From Tetramitus jugosus (lineage: Eukaryota; Protista; Heterolobosea), in the NCBI GenBank assembly GCA_937625935.1, contig OW569369.1, positions 1 to 64,000 on the forward strand: a stretch of 64,000 nucleotides of DNA. Reading direction: 5' to 3'. The notes below the pieces were generated by a model. It saw only the letters and a list, made by a program, of their open reading frames with translations, did no database searches and had not been told where the DNA came from. The position numbers were made by a program, and so were the translations under genes. Positions 55,659 through 64,000 of this stretch are shown one piece after another. Position 1 is the first letter of the stretch, and the number at the start of each line of letters is the position of its first letter.

Positions 55659-57587
55659 TTACATAGCAGCTTGATGGAGTGAGCCTTGGAGGTGTTCCAC
55701 CATTTTGATTAATTCTTTTGCGACCTTTTTCTTCCTCTTGAAGGCATCGGGACGTGACTGTCCATCCATTTCTGTTCTCAGTAGATGGAGCATGTTCTTG
55801 GCCGCATTGATGTCTCTGTTGTGAGTCACTAAACATTTAGTGGTTGCACACTGTTTAACTCCTCGGACGACAGAGACATTCAACGTTCCATTCTTGTCTA
55901 TTCTCTTATGCTTGACTGGCTTCATGTGAGAATGGCAATGATGACATTTCTGACTTGTCATGAACTCGTCGATCATTTTCACTTTGAAGTGCTCATTCAA
56001 CTTTTTCAATAGCTTTCCTTTTGGTGTTGGAGCATGTCCTTTGTAACAATGACCAAAACCAGCATTGCCCATCCCAATTAACATGCTTCTTCCATTTGCT
56101 CTCTTTCGAAAGTCATTCATAACATTGGCAATCGTCTTATCTCTCATTATATAGCTATCCCAATTCAGTCTCTTCACCTTTGGGGTGCAATAAAAATTCA
56201 ACAAATCGTCCTCGACTTTCAATACAGAATTGATGTGTTCAAGGAACAGACCACTTGTAGGTACACCGGCCTGTTTGATTGAGTTTTGGAGTTCATCCAA
56301 GTTCTTCTCATTCATTTCGTTCCATTCTGCTTTGTATTTCAACAATCGCTTGGAGTTTTTTGAATGATGGGATAGATGTCTATATGTTTTGTTCGACAAC
56401 TCCCACTTCTTGCCGTCTGAATCAACACAACTCACCAAAGTAACAATACCCGGGTCAATCCCAACCAAATATTCAGCACCTTCGTTCATACTTGTTTCTT
56501 TCTTTCTCTTCTTTGCTTCTTTCTGGCCCTTGGATTCCTTTGCCTTATTGTTCTTGTGATTGCCAACGAGTTGATGTCTGAGAACAACAGAGGCCTGAAT
56601 ACCGTCAGTTCTGATAGAGTCGATTTGAATCTTCTTTATGCCAACATTCAAACACTTGAGATTGTATTTCAATTCAATGGGTTCAATTACTTGTTCATTT
56701 CCCTTCTTTTGTCCTCCTGGTTTCTTCTTCTGTTGGAGCATGTCTATCAGGTCCGTTGTACCTATCTCCATGCATCTACATTTAAAGTGGGACAAGGGCA
56801 ACAATGCAAATGATTTTGTTCCATTGCCAATCAGAAACTGTTGAACATGCCAGTAAAACTTCAGCATGTTGTTGGTGTTGTTGTTCACAAAAGATTCATC
56901 AATAATCTCGTCGGTTTCAGCACCAACAAGTGTTCGAATCTCTTGGATCAACACAGGAATAGTCTCTATCAACTCTTTTGGAGGCAGTTTGACAAAATCA
57001 TAAACTGGAGTGACGAATGTCAACCGTCTGATAATATATTCTACGACTCTTCTGTATTCAGACCATGGGATTGATTGACCATTGTGCAATTGAGCCATCC
57101 TCACTCTCAAGTACTTTCTCAGTCTTTGTTCCAATGTGAACTTGAGCATGTTAGAAATATTGACATTGAGAGACTTGGCAACGTAATTGATGGATTTGGA
57201 TAACTTCTCACAAATCTTCCTTTGCTTGATTATTACGTCATCCATGTTGACTGACCCGTTGATGAGGTTGACATTATCGTCTCTTGTCTTCGACTTGCGT
57301 CCAAACAACACTGAACCGATTCGTTGAATAAATCCTTGATTCAAGAGAGGGATATCACAATTGTTCTCCAAGTGCCTCAAAACAAATATGTTTATAAATC
57401 TTGTGAGTCGAAGAGCAATCCTTGTAATCTCCAGAGCTTGAGTTTGTATGATTGGTAACAGAGTTGGATGATGCAACAACAGAGACTTCAGACCGACCTT
57501 GACCACGTAATGTGATGAGTATTCATTCTTTTTGACAGTCTCTCTTTTTCTCTTTCTCTTACCGTCCTTAGGCACGCCTCGTGGCAT
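55659..57587 (-). CDS. Fanzor (Fanzor1-like) RNA-guided RuvC endonuclease, 642 aa, intact
   Basis: RuvC-I LVGIDPG, GHAPTPKG, RuvC-II IDEFMTSQ, Zn finger CHHC...CATTKC, RuvC-III NRDINAAKNM; N-terminal NLS KRKRKR and VVKVGLKSLL; start MPRGVP at 57587. Confidence 0.93.
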   Translation of the reverse strand: MPRGVPKDGKRKRKRETVKKNEYSSHYVVKVGLKSLLLHHPTLLPIIQTQALEITRIALRLTRFINIFVLRHLENNCDIPLLNQGFIQRIGSVLFGRKSKTRDDNVNLINGSVNMDDVIIKQRKICEKLSKSINYVAKSLNVNISNMLKFTLEQRLRKYLRVRMAQLHNGQSIPWSEYRRVVEYIIRRLTFVTPVYDFVKLPPKELIETIPVLIQEIRTLVGAETDEIIDESFVNNNTNNMLKFYWHVQQFLIGNGTKSFALLPLSHFKCRCMEIGTTDLIDMLQQKKKPGGQKKGNEQVIEPIELKYNLKCLNVGIKKIQIDSIRTDGIQASVVLRHQLVGNHKNNKAKESKGQKEAKKRKKETSMNEGAEYLVGIDPGIVTLVSCVDSDGKKWELSNKTYRHLSHHSKNSKRLLKYKAEWNEMNEKNLDELQNSIKQAGVPTSGLFLEHINSVLKVEDDLLNFYCTPKVKRLNWDSYIMRDKTIANVMNDFRKRANGRSMLIGMGNAGFGHCYKGHAPTPKGKLLKKLNEHFKVKMIDEFMTSQKCHHCHSHMKPVKHKRIDKNGTLNVSVVRGVKQCATTKCLVTHNRDINAAKNMLHLLRTEMDGQSRPDAFKRKKKVAKELIKMVEHLQGSLHQAAM

Positions 57588-57899
57588 AATGTTATTGTAT
57601 TTGTTGTGTTGTATTTGTTGTGTGAGATGAATCAAACAGCGAAAAAGACAGCGCTTTTTAAACCGAGGTAGATGGCCGTTGCCGTTGTAAAGACAGTCTC
57701 AACGGAAATTTTTACAACTGCACCAATTCCGCAGCTTAGAGGAAACTGATACAACATTTATTGTATTTTTTTATAATATATCCACCTATCTATCCAATCT
57801 TGAACGCGACAACAACAACGAAAAACACAAGTCGCACAACGAACATCAACAACAACAATCAAATCAATCAAAAAGATGGAGAGTCGACAAGAGGTGTCT

Positions 57900-58547
57900 A
57901 TTTGCAGTGTGCATTGTAGATTCTCTGAGCAAGTTTCAAGTACTTGAGGAGAATACAAGCGGTACCAATGTGTATTGAATTCTCTTGACACCACCCTGAC
58001 CAAAGTGCTTTCTGGCTGCGGCCAAAACTTTAAACAATTGATCAGAATCGCTATTATCAAACAAATGAACCAATCTGGCAATCAAGTTCTGTTCTTCTTC
58101 GAAATCTTCGAGCAATGTTGCAGCTATTGGTGAGTCGTCAGAAGGTGAGAATGTTGTCTGGTCTTCCTCATCCTTCAACAGTGGACGAATCAAATCAAAC
58201 AGTTTGTTCACTTGTTCAAATGTTGAAATCTTGTGTCCATTGTCAAGTGCGCATCTCACAATGCTCAGTGCAATAAACTTTCTCTGTTCATATCCAAGAG
58301 AATGAATAATATCACCATACTTCTCCAACTTCAAAACTGTTAGCACATTGTTGTATGACTCGAGTGGCACCAACAACAATCGCTTCAACATGTCTACAAT
58401 TTCATCTGAAGCAAGTGCAGTGCTATTCAATTGACTAGCAATGTTATTAATAATCTTGTTGACATAGTCAGTGTTATCAGGATATGTTTGAAGAGCAAGT
58501 GTCATCAATGAGATCTGAATACTCAAGTTATCGGACAATTCAACACC
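57900..58547 (-). pseudogene. VPS35: Captured internal fragment of retromer subunit VPS35
   Basis: QISLMTLALQTYPD..DYVN, LLLVPLESY, EDFEEEQNLIARLVH, ARKHFGQGGVKRIQYTLVPLVF; no start or end of VPS35; frameshift near 57945. Confidence 0.88.
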
Positions 58548-58820
58548 TCTCTAATGGTATCAATAGTAGGACAGAATTTGACAAACGTCAGAAAACTCAC
58601 ACTCATCATCAGGTCACTCGCTCTCACGATGTCCTTCAGAGTGTTTGTTTTCTGTGCTTTTGCAAGTTTTTTTTGATGAAAAAATCTCTAATGGTATCAA
58701 TAGGACAGAATTTGACAAACGTCAGAAAACTCACACTCATCATCAGGTCACTCGCATTCACGATGTCCTTCAGAGTGTTTGTTTTCTGTTTTTTGCAAGT
58801 TTTTTTTGATGAAAAAAATC
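58548..58820. repeat. Tandem duplication, two ~137-bp units inside the transposon
   Basis: tctctaatggtatcaata...tttttgatgaaaaaa at 58548-58684 and 58685-58820, few differences. Confidence 0.93.
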
Positions 58821-58829
58821 AATGAACAA

Positions 58830-59150
58830 ATGGGAAAACAAGGAAAAGGCGCCAAAAGAAGACATAACCAACACCAACAATTGGTAAAGTTTGGAGTCAA
58901 AAGAAAAGTAAGAATAACCGATATACATATTGATTTATTTGTGTATCTAGTTGGTTCGTTCCTTGGTGTAGAAGATGTGTTGAATTTGGTATTGACGTGT
59001 CGGGATTTTCGATCTTCGATAGTCAATAATCTATCAACAATAAGGTCTTATATGGACAATTTGTACTCACACTGTTTGGCCGTTTGCAAGTCAGGCTTAC
59101 CGTGCAAATTGCAAAGGAAATTTTTTGTGCCTGTTTTGATTGCTTGTTGA
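58830..59150 (+). CDS. Short F-box-motif ORF (cargo, probably truncated)
   Basis: ITDIHIDLFVYLVGSFLGVEDVLNLVLTCRDFR resembles the F-box consensus. Confidence 0.55.
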   Translation: MGKQGKGAKRRHNQHQQLVKFGVKRKVRITDIHIDLFVYLVGSFLGVEDVLNLVLTCRDFRSSIVNNLSTIRSYMDNLYSHCLAVCKSGLPCKLQRKFFVPVLIAC

Positions 59151-59376
59151 ATCAACCAGTACTTGACCGCATCCTGGGCAGAACCATGAGGCAGTATTCA
59201 TTATAATACTCTTGGCTGAGACGGAACCACAGCCGGAACAGAACCATTGATGAGATGTGGCAACCATGATCGTAAGCTTGTGTTTGTGATTGGGTGTCGT
59301 GCACCTGTTTTTTTGGGCAGTCTGGAAAATTTATAGGTAGAGTTCTATTTACGTTGAGGTCCAACGAACTACATCC

Positions 59377-59807
59377 TTAATGGGTCTCGAAGCGTTGGTG
59401 ATTCTGTAAATTTGTCGGACGTCATTTGCCGTGAATCGAAACACCTTTCCACGCTCGTCGATGATCGGACCTTGAGGGTTCATGGTTATATTGCCCTTGG
59501 AATCCATAAGGTGGGGGCTCCATCTGTGCTGTCTTGTCATCAGCACATTGTACTTCCATGTCTTACATGGAAACATTTTGTCTGTCCTTGGTCGTTGCCG
59601 CTGTTGTGCTTTCTTTTCCGATTGCACGACCGGTGGAAGGGTATCAGGTGCGGCCAGGTAGAAGAGGCGCCACTGTGTTTCAGAGTCAGCAATCTGGTTC
59701 AGACGACGATTGGCAAGGAGGATACCGAAGAGGTCTTCAACAGGCAGGAAGAGAATAAGTTCTCTTAACACATCGTCTGATAAAATAAGGAGTTTCATCT
59801 TGTTCAT
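59377..59807 (-). pseudogene. 5' half of an F-box gene split by the Fanzor transposon
   Basis: LLILSDDVLRELILFLPVEDLFGILLANRRLNQIADSETQW F-box; the frame runs into the TIR after SRPI. Confidence 0.88.
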
Positions 59808-59868
59808 GAACTTTCAATGGTGTGTTTTTGTCCACGGAACAAAATTGCGAGTTCGGGACTTTTCGTTA

Positions 59869-62295
59869 TTATCCTTTTATGTTGTGCAAGATGTAATTGA
59901 TGACCTTTGCATTCATGCCCAAGGTTAATTCCAAATGACCACAGCCTACAAACTTCTTTACATGGATATAGTCGCCGTGACACCGTTTCAATTCATGTGC
60001 ATGAGTCAGAATATTGTGTGGTGGGATAATGCGATCATCATCCCCGTACATGATATGTATCGGTATTATGGGATCAATGTCCTTGTAGTGAGCCAAAAAG
60101 TTCCATGGCGTGTCCTGACCATAATGCTTCTGATTTTCCTCTGCAGAACCATAATCGTAGGCCACAAATTTGCCACAACGCTTCATTTGTATCAAGTGAT
60201 CCACCACTTTCACCGAAGTGCCATTGTATGATTGATAGAGTATGTTATGAATATATTGGAATGGAGACTCCTCGACCGGTCCTCCGAGCAATAGTTTAGA
60301 CACTGCCACGGTCCACAGTGCCCTCAACGCAGGATGGTTATTGATGTCTTGAAGTATCTTGGCAAACAAAACCTTCTTTTCGCGAGTAGTGATTCCGAAA
60401 TATGGTATCAGTCGTCGAACCAATGGCATGCATGTGTATGACATGACATTTGCAATAAATGGAATCTTTTGATGAATTCCAGCTGGTGCCAATAACATGA
60501 CATTCTTCAAGTGATGCGCCTGATTTGTCAATCTACTATGCACTAAATAAGCCAAAATACAACCAGCTCCCATCGAATGGGCAACAACATTGATCGTAAA
60601 TCCGTCTTCATCACATCCCAACTCTCTCTTCTTGATCTCTGTAATCTTTTCAACAAAAGCGCGAACATCATAAAATGCATGTTCATTAAACGAGTAATCC
60701 CAAAAATTCTTCTTGTTAAATGCTTCCGTAGTCTCCAAATAGTGCGGTGAGAGACCGAAGCCTCTGAAATTACCGAGAAAAATGTCAACATCCTTCAAAC
60801 TGTATGCTCGCAGGGCGATCGAACGACTCACTCCACTTCCTACCCATGCGAACCCAGAATCTAGAATACCATGTTGGAAGTATACAACTTTTCGAGCCTT
60901 TCTATTCGGTATTCTGTCCATGTGTAACACGTAGCCATCTTGTGTCTCACAAGTGATTGATTCATGCGGAAATCCCTCATCTATAATCACCTGCGCCACT
61001 GTCCGATCATCAATTCCCTCCGTACTCAACAACTTCGAGAGCTTGAAGAGCGCAAAACTGAATTTGATCTGTTTCCAACACTTGATCCACTGAAAACGAA
61101 TAAACAATCGAATCGCCTGTGCAATGCTGTCAGTAAAGTCCAAGAGCGTCAGTGTGATATCTTGAATGAGACCTGTCGATTTCTTCTCATGCACATGCAC
61201 TTTGTCGTTTCTAACAGAAAATTGACTCTTTGATACCGGTGCCTGAAAGAGTGACGGTATATACCAGATCAACATTACGAACCATAAGATGACGGACAAC
61301 ACTGAATTATATATAGTTGCTAGTATGGTGCGCTGATTAGGAACGGAGCTCAATTCATCATCATCCACCGAATCTGCAGTGCTCAAATCTTCATCAATCA
61401 AGGAAGCTTCATCGACATCGAAATCGTCTTCGAGCTCTCTCTTTTGCCTGTTTTCAATCTCATCCGAAGGTAATGGCGTCTCAATATTGGCAACAATTTG
61501 CTTCTGATCATCAATTGTCGAGTTTAACATAATTGTTTTCTCTAGCAATTCATTCAATCGATTCTCCTTTGGTTTCTTGTGAGACTTCAGAGGCTCTTCA
61601 CCACTACTCAATGAAGACTTTTTCCTTCGACCAGTGCCTTCATCCGAGGATCCAGAAGCCAGTGATAATAAAGACTTTTTGGCTCGGGCCAATTTGTCCA
61701 ATGAGGCCAATGCACTCAAGCTCTTTGTCAGTGATAATCGCTGTTTCTTGTCGTCGGTGTTCATGTCTTCTGCTTGTTGCTTTTGAGATAGGGTCATGTT
61801 TGTCTCATCAATCGTCGGCACAAGTGTCGGTTGATCCCTATGACGATGAGGGTGATAATGTTCGTCATCATCACCCTCATCGTCACCAGCATGTTCATCC
61901 GATTGCTCTGGTGACAATGCAACGTGATCTTCTCTTGCTTGCAGTTTCGGTGGTGGGTTTTTCAATCTTGTGCCTACTATTTTCTTCTTCTTCTTTTTCT
62001 CCTTTAGTTTCTCAAGTAAAGGCATGGAAGCCACGCTTGGAATTCCCTTCTCCTTCACTGCTAATTCTCCGCTTGTGAACACATTTTGTTCGAATTGACC
62101 TGGCTTGTACACCAAGTGCAACAACAACCGAATGACAAAGTTTACAATCTGAGACAATAACAAAATGCATTCACGAATAAATGTTTTGATGTACTCGACG
62201 CACATGAAGATGTACGCGTCGAGAACCTTGTAAATGATCACAGTCAAGTACGATGATTTCTTGTAATTGTGTGAGGATGAAGCGTTTTTACCCAT
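59869..62295 (-). CDS. Alpha/beta-hydrolase lipase (acid lipase / steryl ester hydrolase-like) with long N-terminal extension
   Basis: TQDGYVLHMDRIP, FQHGILDS, GNFRG, AHSMG nucleophile, GDDD, GHLE. Confidence 0.9.
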   Translation of the reverse strand: MGKNASSSHNYKKSSYLTVIIYKVLDAYIFMCVEYIKTFIRECILLLSQIVNFVIRLLLHLVYKPGQFEQNVFTSGELAVKEKGIPSVASMPLLEKLKEKKKKKKIVGTRLKNPPPKLQAREDHVALSPEQSDEHAGDDEGDDDEHYHPHRHRDQPTLVPTIDETNMTLSQKQQAEDMNTDDKKQRLSLTKSLSALASLDKLARAKKSLLSLASGSSDEGTGRRKKSSLSSGEEPLKSHKKPKENRLNELLEKTIMLNSTIDDQKQIVANIETPLPSDEIENRQKRELEDDFDVDEASLIDEDLSTADSVDDDELSSVPNQRTILATIYNSVLSVILWFVMLIWYIPSLFQAPVSKSQFSVRNDKVHVHEKKSTGLIQDITLTLLDFTDSIAQAIRLFIRFQWIKCWKQIKFSFALFKLSKLLSTEGIDDRTVAQVIIDEGFPHESITCETQDGYVLHMDRIPNRKARKVVYFQHGILDSGFAWVGSGVSRSIALRAYSLKDVDIFLGNFRGFGLSPHYLETTEAFNKKNFWDYSFNEHAFYDVRAFVEKITEIKKRELGCDEDGFTINVVAHSMGAGCILAYLVHSRLTNQAHHLKNVMLLAPAGIHQKIPFIANVMSYTCMPLVRRLIPYFGITTREKKVLFAKILQDINNHPALRALWTVAVSKLLLGGPVEESPFQYIHNILYQSYNGTSVKVVDHLIQMKRCGKFVAYDYGSAEENQKHYGQDTPWNFLAHYKDIDPIIPIHIMYGDDDRIIPPHNILTHAHELKRCHGDYIHVKKFVGCGHLELTLGMNAKVINYILHNIKG

Positions 62296-62448
62296 GTTGT
62301 GTCTGCATTTGCTTTTTTGAGTGTTTGTCCAATCAAGAAGATTTGAACGAAAGCTTTGTGGATCAGAGATCGCAGAAACCAAAAGAGTTCTTATTTTTGG
62401 ATTGCGAGTTTTTTGGCGCTTTCACTGTTTACTGCTGATCGAGTTAGG

Positions 62449-63035
62449 ATGGAGCCTCTACCTGTGATTTCGAACTATATGACGACCAGTGGAGGGAGTA
62501 AGATCACTAACACTTCAGCCCTCTATGGTTTGCACAACATTACGGGAAACAAGTACATTGTGACAGAAGGAACGGTGATCAGAGCTGACTTGGCTCCAAT
62601 AAAAATTGGTGTCTACTCAGTTGTCAGGCCAGGAGCTGTTGTTAGACCTCCGGTATCCCTCACAACCAGGTATGGAACTATTCTTTTTGTTCAAAGGGAG
62701 ATCTCAACTAATGAACTTCATGTAGCACAACCTACCTGCCGGTTCTCATCGGAGACTATGTTCATATCGGTGAGGGAAGTGTTGTTCAAGCGAATGACAT
62801 CGGCAATTATGTTCACATTGGAAATAATTGTGTAATTGGACCCAGATGCAAACTGAAGGATGCTTGTCGTATCGCTGATAACACGGTACTTCCACCAGAC
62901 ACAACAGTTCCCTCCTACACTCTTTTTGGGGGCAATCCTGGACGATATCTCGAAGACTTACACGAACCCATTGATTATTCAATGAGAGAGAAACTCACTC
63001 AATACTACAACAATTTTACCAACCAATTCTTCTAA
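62449..63035 (+). CDS. DCTN5: Dynactin subunit 5 (p25), intron 62670-62725
   Basis: VIRADLA.IKIG, IGDYVHIGEGSVV, IGNYVHIGNNCVIG...LKD..RI.DNTVLPP left-handed beta-helix. Confidence 0.9.
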
Positions 63036-63175
63036 TGATTGTAAAGACCCCACCAGTCGCGTTCAGATTACTCCTCTCATCCCGCCCTGCGTCAAAAAAG
63101 TTCATTTTCTTTCAAAAGGAAAACAACAACAAAAAAAAAAAGTTGCCCACAAGCGAAAATTGCAATTTCGACATC

Positions 63176-64000
63176 ATGCATGAGGCACTAAGCTACACGA
63201 TACACTCATCTTCTCACTCTATCCCTCCTCATCTCCCTCAAAATATCTTAGTCAATCAACCAAAAGTCTTAGATTCACGATGGTCCACTCACTCTTCACT
63301 CTCAACTAGCGGCGATGCATCCATGATGAAACTACGAAGTACCACCAACAGTCATGAAAACATGTTTTTCTCATCACAACAACAACAACAACAACAACAA
63401 CACTATAGCATTATTGATTCTCAACAACAACAACAACAACAATTCTGTGTCAACAATGATATCATACAAGGTCTTCAGCAGCACCATGAAACACCACCAT
63501 CCGCAGAGGAGAAATTTATTATTATCAAATTGGAACATGCGAGCATCGTACATTCCATTTCCTTTGGCAAATATCACAAAGGTATATTTGAACGACGACA
63601 CCATAGTTGTCATTTTATTGTGTTGTTGCAATCTTTATTTGTTGTTGAATGCTAAACGATGGGAGTATTGTTGTCATGTATTTTCGAATATATAATCTCA
63701 TGATGAGTAGCTCATCCATGCAATATGAAAGAGTTCAAGGTGTATGGTTGTGTCGATGAATCCATTACAGACAGTTCAGTCTTTTTTTGTCTGTTGCACT
63801 CGAGTATGTGTCCTGTGTTGATGGCCTTAATTGTGTGTTCCTCCTCTGCTTAACAATTTCATAATGCGTGAGCTCACACCATTGATTTTGCATTGTTGTT
63901 ATTATTGTGGTCGTGGCTTCAATTTAGAGTTGAGAGATGATACGAAAACCGAAACGTTTCCTCTGAAATATGTGTTGCGGACTCCAGAGTATGGCACATT
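63176..64000 (+). CDS. MKLN1: Muskelin N-terminal discoidin domain (5' partial gene, runs off window)
   Basis: LSYTIHS.S...PQNILVNQP...SRWS, FIIIKLEHASIVHSISFGKYHK, next exon HPCNMKEFKVYG. Confidence 0.85.

Larger units (their letters stand above)
55574..59376 (-). mobile_element. Non-autonomous TIR DNA transposon carrying Fanzor and host-gene cargo; TTAA TSD
   Basis: ttaa|ggatgtagttcg (55570-55585) and cgaactacatcc|ttaa (59365-59380): perfect 12-bp TIR plus TTAA; the empty site restores a host ORF; no transposase inside. Confidence 0.93.

Noticed and set aside
58548-58820. Tandem repeat next to an RNA-guided nuclease as a CRISPR-like array
   Set aside because: Only two long contiguous units with no spacers; an ordinary tandem duplication.

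Overview
Left end of a eukaryotic chromosome. It starts with about 770 bp of (CCCAAA)n telomere, followed by about 16 kb of subtelomeric DNA rich in repeats, pseudogenes and transposon relics. From about 17 kb it becomes a dense, intron-poor block of core genes (ABC-B transporter, Zn2Cys6 TF, MSH6, TMEM94, EMG1, MOB4, MAPK, SART1, D-LDH, Munc13-like, RRP45, DCTN5, muskelin, two tRNAs). Gene content (7TM-RGS, Zn2Cys6, short GT-AG introns, N/Q runs) suggests a heterolobosean or similar free-living protist; this is inference and the species cannot be determined. The main finding is a 3,803-bp transposase-less DNA transposon (55574-59376) with perfect 12-bp TIRs (GGATGTAGTTCG) and a TTAA target-site duplication. 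It encodes an intact 642-aa Fanzor (eukaryotic TnpB-like RNA-guided nuclease), a predicted omega-RNA whose pseudoknot strand is the TIR itself, and captured host fragments (VPS35, an F-box motif). Removing the element restores a single in-frame 295-aa F-box ORF, so guide, target and approximate TAM can be read from the sequence. Also present: a second decayed Fanzor fragment, a decayed P-element-like transposase followed by DEDDh exonuclease/CXC/SAP coding sequence, a 208-bp MITE splitting an ORF, a PEX12 fragment and a duplicated 89-bp hairpin. All protein identifications are from motif recognition by eye, not database searches.
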